From a virus (taxonomy: Duplodnaviria > Caudoviricetes), in IMG/VR virus record IMGVR_UViG_3300038345_000144: 64,000 bases of DNA; one strand, 5' to 3'. The notes beneath the pieces were generated by a model that was not told the DNA's origin, made no database searches, and saw only the letters and a list, made by a program, of their open reading frames with translations. Of the stretch, positions 10,268 through 19,418 are shown piece by piece. Every line of letters begins with the position of its first letter. The stretch's first letter is position 1. Both the position numbers and the translations under genes were made by a program.

Positions 10268-10492
10268 TTATTTTCTGGTAACAGTAAGTTTGATAGTATG
10301 ACTAACTAACTCTAAATGAGTGATTTTATAATTATCCTTCTTAATGTAGGCGGGTATTCGGTTCGCCTGTCCCTCATAAATATCGGTCTTTACCGTATTA
10401 GGGGTCATCAGGCTCGGTCCTTCATAGTGAATGATAATCCACTGGGAGCCGTCCAAAATATGCTCTGCAAAATAATTAAGATTAAAGTCCAT
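10268..10492 (-). CDS. Hypothetical protein
   Basis: AGGAGG RBS. Confidence 0.55.
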   Translation of the reverse strand: MDFNLNYFAEHILDGSQWIIIHYEGPSLMTPNTVKTDIYEGQANRIPAYIKKDNYKITHLELVSHTIKLTVTRK

Positions 10493-10655
10493 AAAATCAC
10501 CCTCCTAAAAACAAATATGTTTTTATTTTATTCTTTTTCATAACAGGTGTCAATGAAAGAACATAAGTTCATTTGAAAATTCAGATGAAAATAATTTCTT
10601 ATCAACTTCTGGCGGTTTATCTTTGTAAACCCTTGTGGTTACTTGGATTAACCAT

Positions 10656-11111
10656 AATTTTCATTTGAAAATTTTACTTATCATCTTTATCTAACAACTG
10701 TTCTTTCGCTTCTTTCAGAATAGCGTCCGTTCGTTGCAGATAAATCTGTTTTTCATTGTCATCCATTTTGTTTTTATCTCGAATATGGCTCATTAAGTAA
10801 TGAATACCGTCAATGATGCGTTCTCTGGCTTCACTATCAATGTCTTTTTCCTTATTTATCATATCTTCCAGTTGAGCCAAGTGACGGTACTGTTGATAAT
10901 ACATTAGTTCTCTTATAAAGCCCTTAATGCACCAAATCAGTGCCAAAGCCCAGCCAAATGCTAAAATAGGATGCTCTGCCATTTTCATTTACCCCCGATG
11001 TTATTTTCATTTCTGGTCCAAATGATTTTCATTTTTGGTCTGACGAAACCTTCAAAATTCTGCTTATCCCTTGTCTCCCAACGGATTTGGGATAATTTTC
11101 ATTTGAAAATT
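10656..11111. repeat. Quasi-palindromic AATTTTCATTTGAAAATT direct repeat (10656-10673, 11094-11111; partial at 10568)
   Basis: Exact copies seen. Confidence 0.75.
10674..10988 (-). CDS. Small membrane protein
   Basis: N-terminal TM helix. Confidence 0.55.
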   Translation of the reverse strand: MKMAEHPILAFGWALALIWCIKGFIRELMYYQQYRHLAQLEDMINKEKDIDSEARERIIDGIHYLMSHIRDKNKMDDNEKQIYLQRTDAILKEAKEQLLDKDDK

Positions 11112-11112
11112 T

Positions 11113-11188
11113 TGGTGTCCTATGCAAGACTCGAACTCGCAATATCGGTTTAGGAAACCGAAGGTTTATCCTGTTAGCCTAATAGGAC
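11113..11188 (-). tRNA. tRNA-Arg(CCT)
   Basis: Cloverleaf, loop TTCCTAA, encoded CCA. Confidence 0.92.
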
Positions 11189-11192
11189 TTGA

Positions 11193-11428
11193 TTGGGGAG
11201 GTGGGAGTCTCACCCACAAGTGAACTGGTTTTCGATGGTTAATTACTCCTCTACTCTCCTTGACGACTTGTTCGTTTGCCCTTATGTAGGGTACGCACCA
11301 TATAACCTTGCTTCACCCCGAAGTCTTCACTGGTTCGTCATTCCCAAAGACTTTTTGAAGAAACTTCGACCAAGAGTATTTCATCTCGTCTCTCTTTGCT
11401 CTTTTGGACGCTTTGAAGTAATCTCCCC
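11193..11428 (-). ncRNA. tRNA-ended long RNA (acceptor-like stem + T-like arm around ~200-nt insert)
   Basis: GGGGAG/CTCCCC ends; GTGGG-TGAGACT-CCCAC arm. Confidence 0.55.
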
Positions 11429-11461
11429 GTAACCCCAAGTTACAAAGTGGCATTGTTTCTG

Positions 11462-11537
11462 TGGCACTCCCAGCAGGACTCGAACCCGCAACAAAGGGGT
11501 AGAAACCCTCCGTTTTATCCAGTTAGACTATGGGAGC
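11462..11537 (-). tRNA. tRNA-Arg(TCT)
   Basis: Cloverleaf, loop TTTCTAC, CCA. Confidence 0.92.
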
Positions 11538-11543
11538 GTATAA

Positions 11544-11700
11544 CTCGCTTGATAGGGTCTCGAACCCTATATGAACCGATGTTCCGTGAACAGTCTTAAA
11601 GGGCTTGTCTATGAGTTACTTAAGTCCTCATAAATTCGCAATAGTTGTACTTCCTAACCAATAAGACCATCCACTGCAATTCCATTCTGCCACAAGCGAG
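11544..11700 (-). ncRNA. tRNA-like RNA with greatly extended anticodon arm
   Basis: CTCGCTTG/CAAGCGAG acceptor, D arm, T arm TAGGG-TTCGAGA-CCCTA; GTGGATGGTCTTA...TAAGACTGTTCAC long arm. Confidence 0.7.
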
Positions 11701-11702
11701 GT

Positions 11703-11777
11703 TGGCTGGGGTACAGGGATTTGAACCCCGAATTCTTGAGTCAGAGTCAAGTGTGTTGCCAGTTACACCATACCCCA
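11703..11777 (-). tRNA. tRNA-Gln(CTG)
   Basis: Cloverleaf, loop CTCTGAC, CCA. Confidence 0.93.
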
Positions 11778-11836
11778 ATATTTATAAAAAAGAGGGATGC
11801 TTGTGACACCCCTCTTTCAAATGAAAATCATTCGGA

Positions 11837-13324
11837 TTATGCGACGATGTTCTTGTACCTTTCGGAGGCAAGAATTTCGTTCATAACATCCATAGGTGTC
11901 TTACCAATGTTGTCCATTACCTGCTTCATAATGTTAGGTGAGTAACCAGAAACAAGTGAAACTGCATCATCGGACATTGATGCGTGGAATGTTGCGTTCT
12001 TGGCGTTTACATTCCAGTAAATAACGTGAGGAAGTCTGTAACCTGCTCTCTCGTATCTCTGCTTCATTACATCTGTGAAAGACATAATGCCGTTTCTTAC
12101 GCTGTAAGAACAACCAGAGTTAATCTGCATATCGGAGATAACACAGATTGCTTCAGGCATATCTTCCTGTGCAATATTGTACTTAATACCCATATCGAGT
12201 ATCTTGTCAAATACTGCCTCAAGGTTAGTAGACATTCCTACATTTCCAGAGTGCAAAATCTGGGAGTACATCTGACCAAGAGTATCACCCTTAATCTCAA
12301 TGAGAGAAGGGTTGTCGGAGAAAGTGAAGAACTTGTCCTTGAACTGTCCGACATTCTGCTGTGCAAAGTAGATACCAAGAGCAGTAGCAACTGTCATAGG
12401 GTAAACACCACCTGCACAACTACTATCCCAAGTCATAGAACCTGAAGTATCAATTACGCAGAGTGCCTTTGAAGCAACCTTTGGTAACTGTGACCACATA
12501 GTATTAACTTCAACAGAGTTATCACCCTTAACTACCTTCTGCATAATATCACAAGGGTTAGCAGTACCCATCTGCATCTTCTTCTCACCAGACTGAACCT
12601 GTGAGATAAACTCGTTGTATCTGTCCTCGTCGTGCTTCAAGAAAGCCTTACGGTTCTGAATGTTGCACTTTGAAGGTACAGTCTCGTAGTTAATCTCGTT
12701 CCATCTACCAGTAGACATCTTTGCCTCTGGAATGTCGATTGCCTTTCTCAAAGCAACCAAAGTCTTTCTGTACTGGGACATAGACTTGAAATCATATCCC
12801 AACTTCTTTGCAGTCAATCTACCCAACTGGGCAGTCTTCTGTGAAGATGCGTTAGGAGTTGCAAGCCACTTTGCCAAGAGTGATACAGGCTTACCCTTCT
12901 CAAGGTTTGCCTTATCCTGCTCGAACTGTTCCTTAACGAACGCCCACATAGCATTTTCAGCAGGAGTGTCCATCAAAGAATACAAGTCGTCTGCTCTACC
13001 GTACTCAAAAACATAAGGAATGTTCTTGATAACGGACTCCTTGTGAGTCTTTGCCAAATGTGCGAAAATCTGGTTAAAAGCGTCACGCTCACCGTAACCA
13101 CCACGAATATCTCTTGCGAAGAAGAGCAACTTCATAGCGGCAGTAGCGTCCTCACGATAAGCCTCATCAAACAAATCCAACTTATCAGAGACAGGTGCAG
13201 TTCTCATAGCACCAATTCTACCGAAAAAGTCCAAGCACTTGTTAGAAGTGGAAGTGTAGCAATCTGCACCGTTCCAAGTCTTACCGTGGTTCATTTCATT
13301 AGTCATAGCGTCAGCAAAATTCAT
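11837..13324 (-). CDS. TROVE/DUF2828 + vWA protein (Ro60/Rsr-like RNA-binding protein)
   Basis: LFFARDIRGGYGER, EYGRADDL, SLLAKW; MIDAS DTSGSM and SDMQ; YWNV. Confidence 0.85.
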   Translation of the reverse strand: MNFADAMTNEMNHGKTWNGADCYTSTSNKCLDFFGRIGAMRTAPVSDKLDLFDEAYREDATAAMKLLFFARDIRGGYGERDAFNQIFAHLAKTHKESVIKNIPYVFEYGRADDLYSLMDTPAENAMWAFVKEQFEQDKANLEKGKPVSLLAKWLATPNASSQKTAQLGRLTAKKLGYDFKSMSQYRKTLVALRKAIDIPEAKMSTGRWNEINYETVPSKCNIQNRKAFLKHDEDRYNEFISQVQSGEKKMQMGTANPCDIMQKVVKGDNSVEVNTMWSQLPKVASKALCVIDTSGSMTWDSSCAGGVYPMTVATALGIYFAQQNVGQFKDKFFTFSDNPSLIEIKGDTLGQMYSQILHSGNVGMSTNLEAVFDKILDMGIKYNIAQEDMPEAICVISDMQINSGCSYSVRNGIMSFTDVMKQRYERAGYRLPHVIYWNVNAKNATFHASMSDDAVSLVSGYSPNIMKQVMDNIGKTPMDVMNEILASERYKNIVA

Positions 13325-13419
13325 AAAAAAATCCTCCTATAAATGTATTTTTCTAACTTACTACCCAAACAAATTCAGGTGTGTTAGAACCATACTTCAT
13401 TAGAAGGAAAGGACTAAAC

Positions 13420-13477
13420 AAGACTCGCTTTTTCACTCTACCCATTAGAATTTTGTAAAAATTGCTGTATGAGTCTT
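13420..13477 (-). ncRNA. Y-RNA-like element A (AAGACTC stem, ATACAGCAA)
   Basis: AAGACTC/GAGTCTT stem; conserved ACAGCAA; in the leader of the Ro60-like gene. Confidence 0.75.
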
Positions 13478-13502
13478 TACCTTTATTCAATTGTGTAGCA
13501 AC

Positions 13503-13569
13503 GAGACACTGTTGTTTTTTTGATGGCAAGAATATCAGTCTTTATAAATATAATTGCTGTGTGTGTCTC
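13503..13569 (-). ncRNA. Y-RNA-like element B with Ile(GAT) anticodon stem-loop
   Basis: GAGACAC/GTGTCTC stem, ACACAGCAA, AAGA-CTGATAT-TCTT. Confidence 0.8.
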
Positions 13570-13581
13570 AACTATGTATTG

Positions 13582-13610
13582 ATTATATAACTAATCATTT
13601 CGTTTGTAAA
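13582..13610 (-). promoter_or_regulatory. Sigma-A-type promoter for Y-like B, A and the Ro60-like gene
   Basis: TTTACA-17 nt-TATAAT. Confidence 0.8.
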
Positions 13611-13657
13611 GTCCTAAATTGAAATTTTTTCAACTTTTTTTCAGAACTTGTCTAAAC

Positions 13658-13731
13658 TGGCAGGGGCAGTAGGAATTGAACCCACATCAAAGGTTTTGGA
13701 GACCCCCGTTCTACCATTAAACTATGCCCCT
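13658..13731 (-). tRNA. tRNA-Trp(CCA)
   Basis: Cloverleaf, loop CTCCAAA, CCA. Confidence 0.93.
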
Positions 13732-13779
13732 GTGTTTGCCCTATTAGTATAGGGCATTTATTTATATAAAGCAACTACT

Positions 13780-14019
13780 TTATATCATAGGTGTCATCAT
13801 TGACGGTATGCAAGCCGCACAATCGTCAATAAATTGCTGTTGTCTACGGTAATAATAATCACTATCACCCGTATAAGAACTGCTACTCGTATGTTCCGTA
13901 TAACGATACCTTACAGGCTTTTCGGGCATTTTCCGACCCCTGTTGGCATAATAAGCGTAGCGTTTCTTTGCTTTCTTTCTTGCCGAGCGTTTACCCATAA
14001 ATAAACTCCTTATTACCAA
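13780..14019 (-). CDS. Small basic hypothetical protein (start probably MGKRS)
   Basis: AAGGAG before MGKRS. Confidence 0.5.
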   Translation of the reverse strand: MVIRSLFMGKRSARKKAKKRYAYYANRGRKMPEKPVRYRYTEHTSSSSYTGDSDYYYRRQQQFIDDCAACIPSMMTPMI

Positions 14020-15254
14020 TCACTGCCCCAGTCGTAACCACTGTCGTAATCATAACCACTGTCATAACCACCACTGTAATCGCCAGAGTCCCAACCGCCT
14101 CCCCAGTCATAATCACCATAATCGTAGGAGTCATAACCAGAGTCATATCCACCACTATCGTAACCGCCCCAATCGTATGAATAACTATCGTCGTCATCAT
14201 AAGAATTGTTGTTACCACCGTCATAGTAGATAAAGGCGTTATTTCCACCACTACTTCCACCGCCTCCGCTACGGGATGTCCATTCTGTTGAGAAGTCCTC
14301 TGTCGGGAACGGAACATCTGCACCGTCAACGCCTACATAATGAGTCATTGAAATTCCGTCAGGCTTCTGTGTGTAGTCCCACAAATTTGCATTTGTGCTG
14401 TAATAATACCAGAAAGAATTATGGTGATAATATAGGATATTATTATAATTAAAATATCCGTTATCCAGATGCTCGGTAGTTGTGATTTCAGGGAACCAAG
14501 TACCACCGTTTCTCTCAAGGATTTCTGCCTGTTCCTTATTACAACAATGTACGCCTACTGCTACAAAAGCGATAAGTCCAATTACAACAATTATAGGTAA
14601 AAAGACTGTCAAACAACCCTCAAAGAGACCGTCCCAGTCAATACTATTATGCTGTTCTTTCTTAACTCGCTTCTTTGTTTCCTTGTCCATAGGGACTTCT
14701 TCAAAAGTAGAAGTAGGGTGCTTATCGACCAACTTCTTAATCTCATCAGCAGATAAATCACCAGAACCTTTGATTTTGTCTGAAGGCTTATCATACTTTT
14801 GTTCAGGAGGCATTTCCAGACTGGAATACAGGCTATCTACCTTTGCCTTCTTAACATACTGATGATTGGAACTTTTTGGGTTAAGAGTTGCTTCCTTTGC
14901 AGTAAGAACCATATTCTTAATCTTCAGGAATAGTTCATTAACACCGTATTCCTCATCATAACCCTCATATCTGATGGCTCGCTCACCTGTGTCTTTATTC
15001 TTATAAACAATAACACGGGGACCTTCCTTATAAATACCAAAGGCTTTTGCACCCTTATAGTCCTCGCCAAGATGAATGTGCATATTAGCCAGGTCTAAAC
15101 CATTGTCATCGCACCACTTCTGTAACTCCTCGATAGTCTTCGGAGTACCTTCAGCACTTCTGACATAGTTAGTATTTACAGCACCACAAGAGGGACACTT
15201 TTCGTCCGTAGAGTCCATAAAGGCTCCACAGAACCCACAAGTAACTTTCTGCAT
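14013..15254 (-). CDS. Zinc-ribbon, single-TM protein with low-complexity G/Y/D/S/W tail
   Basis: CGFC...CPSC; TM helix; YDSGYD/DWG repeats. Confidence 0.8.
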   Translation of the reverse strand: MQKVTCGFCGAFMDSTDEKCPSCGAVNTNYVRSAEGTPKTIEELQKWCDDNGLDLANMHIHLGEDYKGAKAFGIYKEGPRVIVYKNKDTGERAIRYEGYDEEYGVNELFLKIKNMVLTAKEATLNPKSSNHQYVKKAKVDSLYSSLEMPPEQKYDKPSDKIKGSGDLSADEIKKLVDKHPTSTFEEVPMDKETKKRVKKEQHNSIDWDGLFEGCLTVFLPIIVVIGLIAFVAVGVHCCNKEQAEILERNGGTWFPEITTTEHLDNGYFNYNNILYYHHNSFWYYYSTNANLWDYTQKPDGISMTHYVGVDGADVPFPTEDFSTEWTSRSGGGGSSGGNNAFIYYDGGNNNSYDDDDSYSYDWGGYDSGGYDSGYDSYDYGDYDWGGGWDSGDYSGGYDSGYDYDSGYDWGSDW

Positions 15255-15342
15255 ACTTAATTTCCTTTCAATATAAGAACATCAACCGCTACTGGGTTGG
15301 CATAAACATTATATCAAAAGGTGCGGTTTATTGTAAAGCGGG

Positions 15343-15633
15343 TTAATAGAGTTCCCACCAGAAATCAAAGACTTTTCGGTAAAAACTTCTCTTACTTATA
15401 GTCCCATCTTCCTCATAAATCCTCCGACCATATCTACGGTTTCTTTTAGCCGATTGGTTTTTGAGATATGGGGAAGCCTTACCACGATAGAAACGACGAT
15501 AATAGCACTTACCGTCCTTTTCTACTTTAGTGGCTCCTGATGGAAAATATCCTAATTTTTCGGATAAAAATTTAAGTCTGCGTTTAGACCTTCTTAATGC
15601 TCTTCGCCTATATGGGATATTCTTGTGTAACAT
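15343..15633 (-). CDS. Arg-rich hypothetical protein
   Basis: AAAGGAGG RBS; YRKVFDFWWEL C-terminus. Confidence 0.65.
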   Translation of the reverse strand: MLHKNIPYRRRALRRSKRRLKFLSEKLGYFPSGATKVEKDGKCYYRRFYRGKASPYLKNQSAKRNRRYGRRIYEEDGTISKRSFYRKVFDFWWELY

Positions 15634-15661
15634 AGAAATATCCTCCTTTAGTATTAAAAAA

Positions 15662-15737
15662 TGGTGAGAACAGCAGGACTCGAACCCGCAACACGAAGTT
15701 CGTAGCCTCGTAGTTTATCCAGTTAGCCTATGCTCCC
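15662..15737 (-). tRNA. tRNA-Arg(ACG)
   Basis: Cloverleaf, loop CTACGAA, CCA. Confidence 0.93.
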
Positions 15738-15738
15738 A

Positions 15739-16071
15739 TTAGAATTCGTCTTTTTTAATACTCATACCGTCGATTTCACTAATAACGACTTGTGTGGAAT
15801 AGCACTTCTCACCCATATCATTATCATATGTTGAGGTCTGAAGCCTTCCGTGAACAACAACTAAATCTCCCTTATGGAACTTTCGCTGAATATATGTAGC
15901 AACATATTGCCAAGCAATACATCTGATAAAATCAGCAGTTGCCTGTCCGTTACTGTCCTTAAAAGGACGAGAACAAGCCAATGTTATGTTAGCATACTCG
16001 GTCTGATTGCTGGTATGACCATATTCAGGGTCTTTTGTTAATCTTCCCTCGATAGTAACGCTGTTAATCAT
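15739..16071 (-). CDS. ssb: Single-stranded DNA-binding protein
   Basis: INSVTIEGRLTKDPE...ADFIRCIAW...KGDLVVVHGRLQT OB fold. Confidence 0.92.
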   Translation of the reverse strand: MINSVTIEGRLTKDPEYGHTSNQTEYANITLACSRPFKDSNGQATADFIRCIAWQYVATYIQRKFHKGDLVVVHGRLQTSTYDNDMGEKCYSTQVVISEIDGMSIKKDEF

Positions 16072-16098
16072 TGTTATAAGTTCCTTTCAACTAATCTA

Positions 16099-16338
16099 TT
16101 ATTTCTGCCACCAGTGTTTCTTCTTTGGCGGTTCAGGGTCAGGTTCAGCGAACTGTGCCTGATATTCCTCAAAATTATCAATAATTTCCTGTAACTCTTC
16201 GCTGGTCAATCCACACGCCTGACGAAGATTAACCCAATTCATTTCACCTGCTTCCAGTTTTGCCTTAATGGTCTCAAACTGGAACCTCGTTATCTTTCTG
16301 CCCATACAAATCTCCCCTTTCAGTTCAGTACCGTACAA
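16099..16338 (-). CDS. Hypothetical protein (start probably MGRKI)
   Basis: AAGGGGAG RBS. Confidence 0.55.
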   Translation of the reverse strand: MYGTELKGEICMGRKITRFQFETIKAKLEAGEMNWVNLRQACGLTSEELQEIIDNFEEYQAQFAEPDPEPPKKKHWWQK

Positions 16339-16517
16339 GACTTAAGATGTGATACCTTGAAATCCAGATTGCCTACGGTAAAATAATTTGGCTTGCGATA
16401 ACCATATTTTTCACTAAATTCGGGAGTATATCCTAATACACCTTCATATTCATCATTATCAAATAGCCTTATTTTAACTCTCTTGCCAATAAGGGCTTCT
16501 AACTCTGACTTTTTCAT
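16320..16517 (-). CDS. Small Sm/LSm-like protein
   Basis: LIGKRVKIRLFDNDEYEGVL resembles an Sm1 motif. Confidence 0.45.
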   Translation of the reverse strand: MKKSELEALIGKRVKIRLFDNDEYEGVLGYTPEFSEKYGYRKPNYFTVGNLDFKVSHLKSCTVLN

Positions 16518-16532
16518 TAAATCTCCTTAAAG

Positions 16533-16784
16533 TTACCAGTTCGGTACAAATTCGTCTCGTTCCATTTTAGGAAAAGGTGGAACACTATGAGTGCTCCTTG
16601 TAAACTGCTCAAACTGAACAATATTACCATCTTGAATATACACCAAATACCAGTCTTTAGGAATAGCGTGAGACTCTTTGATACAATCTCTTAATATTTG
16701 TAAATATCCGTTATAAGCGTCTTCATATTTGTCAAATTCAAAGAAATCCTTTGTTTCGACATTAAATAAGCCATATTTCATCAT
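16533..16784 (-). CDS. Hypothetical protein
   Basis: GGAGG RBS. Confidence 0.55.
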   Translation of the reverse strand: MMKYGLFNVETKDFFEFDKYEDAYNGYLQILRDCIKESHAIPKDWYLVYIQDGNIVQFEQFTRSTHSVPPFPKMERDEFVPNW

Positions 16785-16847
16785 TTCCTGCCTCCATATA
16801 TTAAAAAACGCCGACTTTCACGGCTATTTTAAGAAAAATAGTATATT

Positions 16848-16934
16848 TGGTGTCGATGAAGGGACTTGAACCCTTACGCTTTTTAAGGCAACAGATTTTG
16901 AGTCTGCCGTGTCTGCCAATTCCACCACACCGAC
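16848..16934 (-). tRNA. tRNA-Leu(CAA)
   Basis: Class II cloverleaf, loop CTCAAAA. Confidence 0.93.
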
Positions 16935-17111
16935 ATTTATTAAGGGCTTTTCACCCTTCCGAAATGACTTTACAGGCTCATTTTGACCTGATGCTCGGTA
17001 TTACCACGAAGCGTCCCCCTCCCGCAAAGATTTCCCTCTTTGGGAGGATGTATATTACACCACTAATAATACCAATATTTTTTGACTTTGTAAAGATGTA
17101 AATAGGGGAAA

Positions 17112-17194
17112 AAGAACAATGTAGACGGGGGTTGAACCCGTAGTTCCACAAAACGAAAGGGTGGCGGTCTTGCCATTAGCCTACTACCTGTTCT
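17112..17194 (-). pseudogene. Degenerate tRNA-like element
   Basis: T arm ACGGG-TTCAACC-CCCGT and D-like arm; 11-nt anticodon loop; no CCA. Confidence 0.55.
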
Positions 17195-17294
17195 CTTCTA
17201 TGGTAATAAAGAGGGTCCATCTTCCTTATTACATAGGACTTCGGCTTACTCCTTTGGACATAGGTTAACCACCGAAGAATTTAACTTATTAAAA

Positions 17295-17378
17295 TGGCAG
17301 TTTTTAAGGCGTAATGATAGTTGTGAATATCTCGATTTCGTACTCAAAATATTCGACACAGAACTGCCAAACTATGTC
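17295..17378 (-). ncRNA. H-type pseudoknot family member with inserted hairpin
   Basis: S1 GACATAG/CTGTGTC, TT link, S2 TGGCAGTT/AACTGCCA. Confidence 0.65.
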
Positions 17379-17381
17379 TAA

Positions 17382-17457
17382 TGGTCGAGGTGACAGGACT
17401 CGAACCTGCGTCTTTATGCTCCCAAAGCATACCGTCTACCAACTGGCTTACACCTCG
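17382..17457 (-). tRNA. tRNA-Pro(TGG)
   Basis: Cloverleaf, loop TTTGGGA. Confidence 0.92.
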
Positions 17458-17689
17458 ATATAACGGTTGGTTAACTACGCCTTTTCGGTATTAAGGAGAC
17501 CGTTACACTTCCTCTTGTTGCTTTATAATCCTTTATTTAACAAGGCGATACCCACCTTCAACTCGTTCTCGCACGGTCATACGCCGAAGTTTTGCAGTTA
17601 CCCAGGTATTCGGAATTTACCTTCTTTATCCCTTGTTAATCGTTTTCGCAGGGTCTATGACTCGCCACTAAAGTCAGCACAAGGGGGTC

Positions 17690-17765
17690 TGGGGCTTTCG
17701 AAGGGAGTCGAACCCTTGACCTAATGATTACTAATCATTCGTTCTGCCAACTGAACTACGAAAGC
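17690..17765 (-). tRNA. tRNA-Thr(AGT)
   Basis: Cloverleaf, loop TTAGTAA, CCA. Confidence 0.9.
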
Positions 17766-17770
17766 ATTTT

Positions 17771-17812
17771 TGGTGTATAGAGTGGCAACTCTTCCTGAAT
17801 ACACCAGTCAGG
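17771..17812 (-). ncRNA. Pseudoknot RNA ending in CCA
   Basis: S1 CCTGA/TCAGG; S2 TGGTGTAT/ATACACCA; loop hairpin AGAGT/ACTCT. Confidence 0.55.
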
Positions 17813-17920
17813 GATAAATTTTGCTTTGTTCATTAAGTAGGTACAAAAGGCATCCTGAACAAAGGCTTATAGGCTTATCTAACCCCGTTTTCATCAGGTC
17901 AAGGAGGCTGTCCCGATTAT

Positions 17921-17994
17921 TGGAGTCGCATAAGGGACTTGAACCCTCACCGTCTGCTTGGAAGGCAGTGATGCTACCGTTACACCAATGCGAC
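17921..17994 (-). tRNA. tRNA-Gly(TCC)
   Basis: Cloverleaf, loop CTTCCAA, U73. Confidence 0.92.
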
Positions 17995-18148
17995 ATTTAT
18001 AACATAATGGTTATCAGCCTTGCTGTTATGCGGTTATGTTATCCACATAGGTAAAAGTCTTATATTTACCATTCAGACGGTGCATATCGTCCAGACCGTC
18101 AAGCCCGCTATCTATTTTGATAAAAGGGTTGATAGGACACACCCTTAT

Positions 18149-18225
18149 TGGAGCAAGTAAAGGGATTTGAACCCTCACCTTCTGCTTGGCAAGCAGATAT
18201 GCTAACCAGTTAACACTATACCTGC
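18149..18225 (-). tRNA. tRNA-Gly(GCC)
   Basis: Cloverleaf, loop TTGCCAA, U73. Confidence 0.92.
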
Positions 18226-18342
18226 ATTTAAGTCTGACATAGTTTTAAGTCGCTATGCCCCGCTACATATTTGGTGAAACCACGGTCAATTACCCCCGCA
18301 GTAGGCACATTTGTTCCCAGCCTTTTGATTTATATAAATCAA

Positions 18343-18418
18343 TGGTTGGAAGTAGGAGAGTCGAACTCCTCGCAACTGCTTTATAAGAACAGCCCGTTAA
18401 CCGCTACGGTAACTTCCA
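18343..18418 (-). tRNA. tRNA-Ile(TAT)
   Basis: Cloverleaf, loop CTTATAA, CCA. Confidence 0.85.
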
Positions 18419-18681
18419 GTATAGGTGGGCTTGTGAGAACCACTCACTAACGGCTTTGCCCTCTCGCCGCCTGATTTTAGGTGAATTAGGATAATCAGAA
18501 ACCTTGAGATGAAAATGACTGTGACTTGTCTTCCTCGACCTTTCATCAGAGCCGTATTAGATTTATTCTGCCCTTAAACCTAACTAAAAGGAACTACCCG
18601 TATCGCACGATAGCGTCGCCTTTCCTTATTACGGGGAAAGGTAGACCCGTCAAGTAAGTCACAGGGTACTTGAAAACCCTT

Positions 18682-18868
18682 TGGTGGGGAGTGTGGGACT
18701 CGAACCCCTTAATATCCCGAACACTTTATCCCATTCCTATTCTTTTACTTTTCCAAGTTAATTACTCTTGTACTTTCTAAAACAATAGTTCAAGGAGTGC
18801 CTAATCGTCATTAGGACGGGCAACTATGCTACGAACATAGTCTGCTTTTCCTTCTTGCATACCACCCC
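18682..18868 (-). ncRNA. tRNA-like RNA (CGT loop) with ~115-nt variable-region insert
   Basis: D arm, ACTATG-TTCGTAG-CATAGT arm, T loop TTCGAGT, ACCA end. Confidence 0.7.
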
Positions 18869-18999
18869 ATATTAAAATGTAAAGGTACAATAAGTGCCAT
18901 TTGCTTTCTCGCTCGCAAGCGGTTTGATGCTACTGCCGATGGCTCGACGGGAAGGAGGTTTTCATCTTCCGTAGTCTCCGAAAAGGCTACCCGCTATTG

Positions 19000-19035
19000 T
19001 GGTGATAGGTTTTTGAAGAGAACCTACCAAACTCT
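19000..19035 (-). ncRNA. H-type pseudoknot family member ending in CCA
   Basis: AGAG-TT-TGGTAGGTT-CTCT-TCAAA-AACCTATCA-CCA. Confidence 0.7.
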
Positions 19036-19135
19036 GCCTGCATATTCGCAGTGCGATTATACTACCTTCCTGACTATTCAGGAATATTCATTCGCCACCT
19101 AATGTGGTCATAGCAGTGTCAATTCACTGCGGTAT

Positions 19136-19211
19136 TGGTGACGGGTACGGGATTTGAACCCGCAATCTCCTCCTTGAAGGGGAGGCGTGTTAGCCGTTCC
19201 ACTAACCCGCC
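19136..19211 (-). tRNA. tRNA-Glu(TTC), C33 variant
   Basis: Cloverleaf, loop CCTTCAA. Confidence 0.88.
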
Positions 19212-19418
19212 ATAGTGTGAACCCAAAATGAAATCAATTACTTCAGAAAGATAACGGTTCACTTGGGGCGGCTCACCGCCCGTTTGCTTTCTTATTTTTC
19301 CCAGGAGGGCAAGCAAATGCCCCAATTGCCCCTTCCATTTATATGCCGTCGAATGGGGCGAGACGGAAACAAGCACCCTTTAATTTGTAGACCGCACAGG
19401 GGTTCGAAACTGCGGTTT

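Noticed and set aside
13833-13846. Additional ACAGCAA hit (plus-strand ATTGCTGTTGTCT)
   Set aside because: Inside a coding region (RQQQF), wrong spacing and no closing stem.
13991-14329. Val/Thr/Met-rich ORF and apparent tandem repeats
   Set aside because: Alternative frame of the G/Y/D/S tail of 14013..15254.
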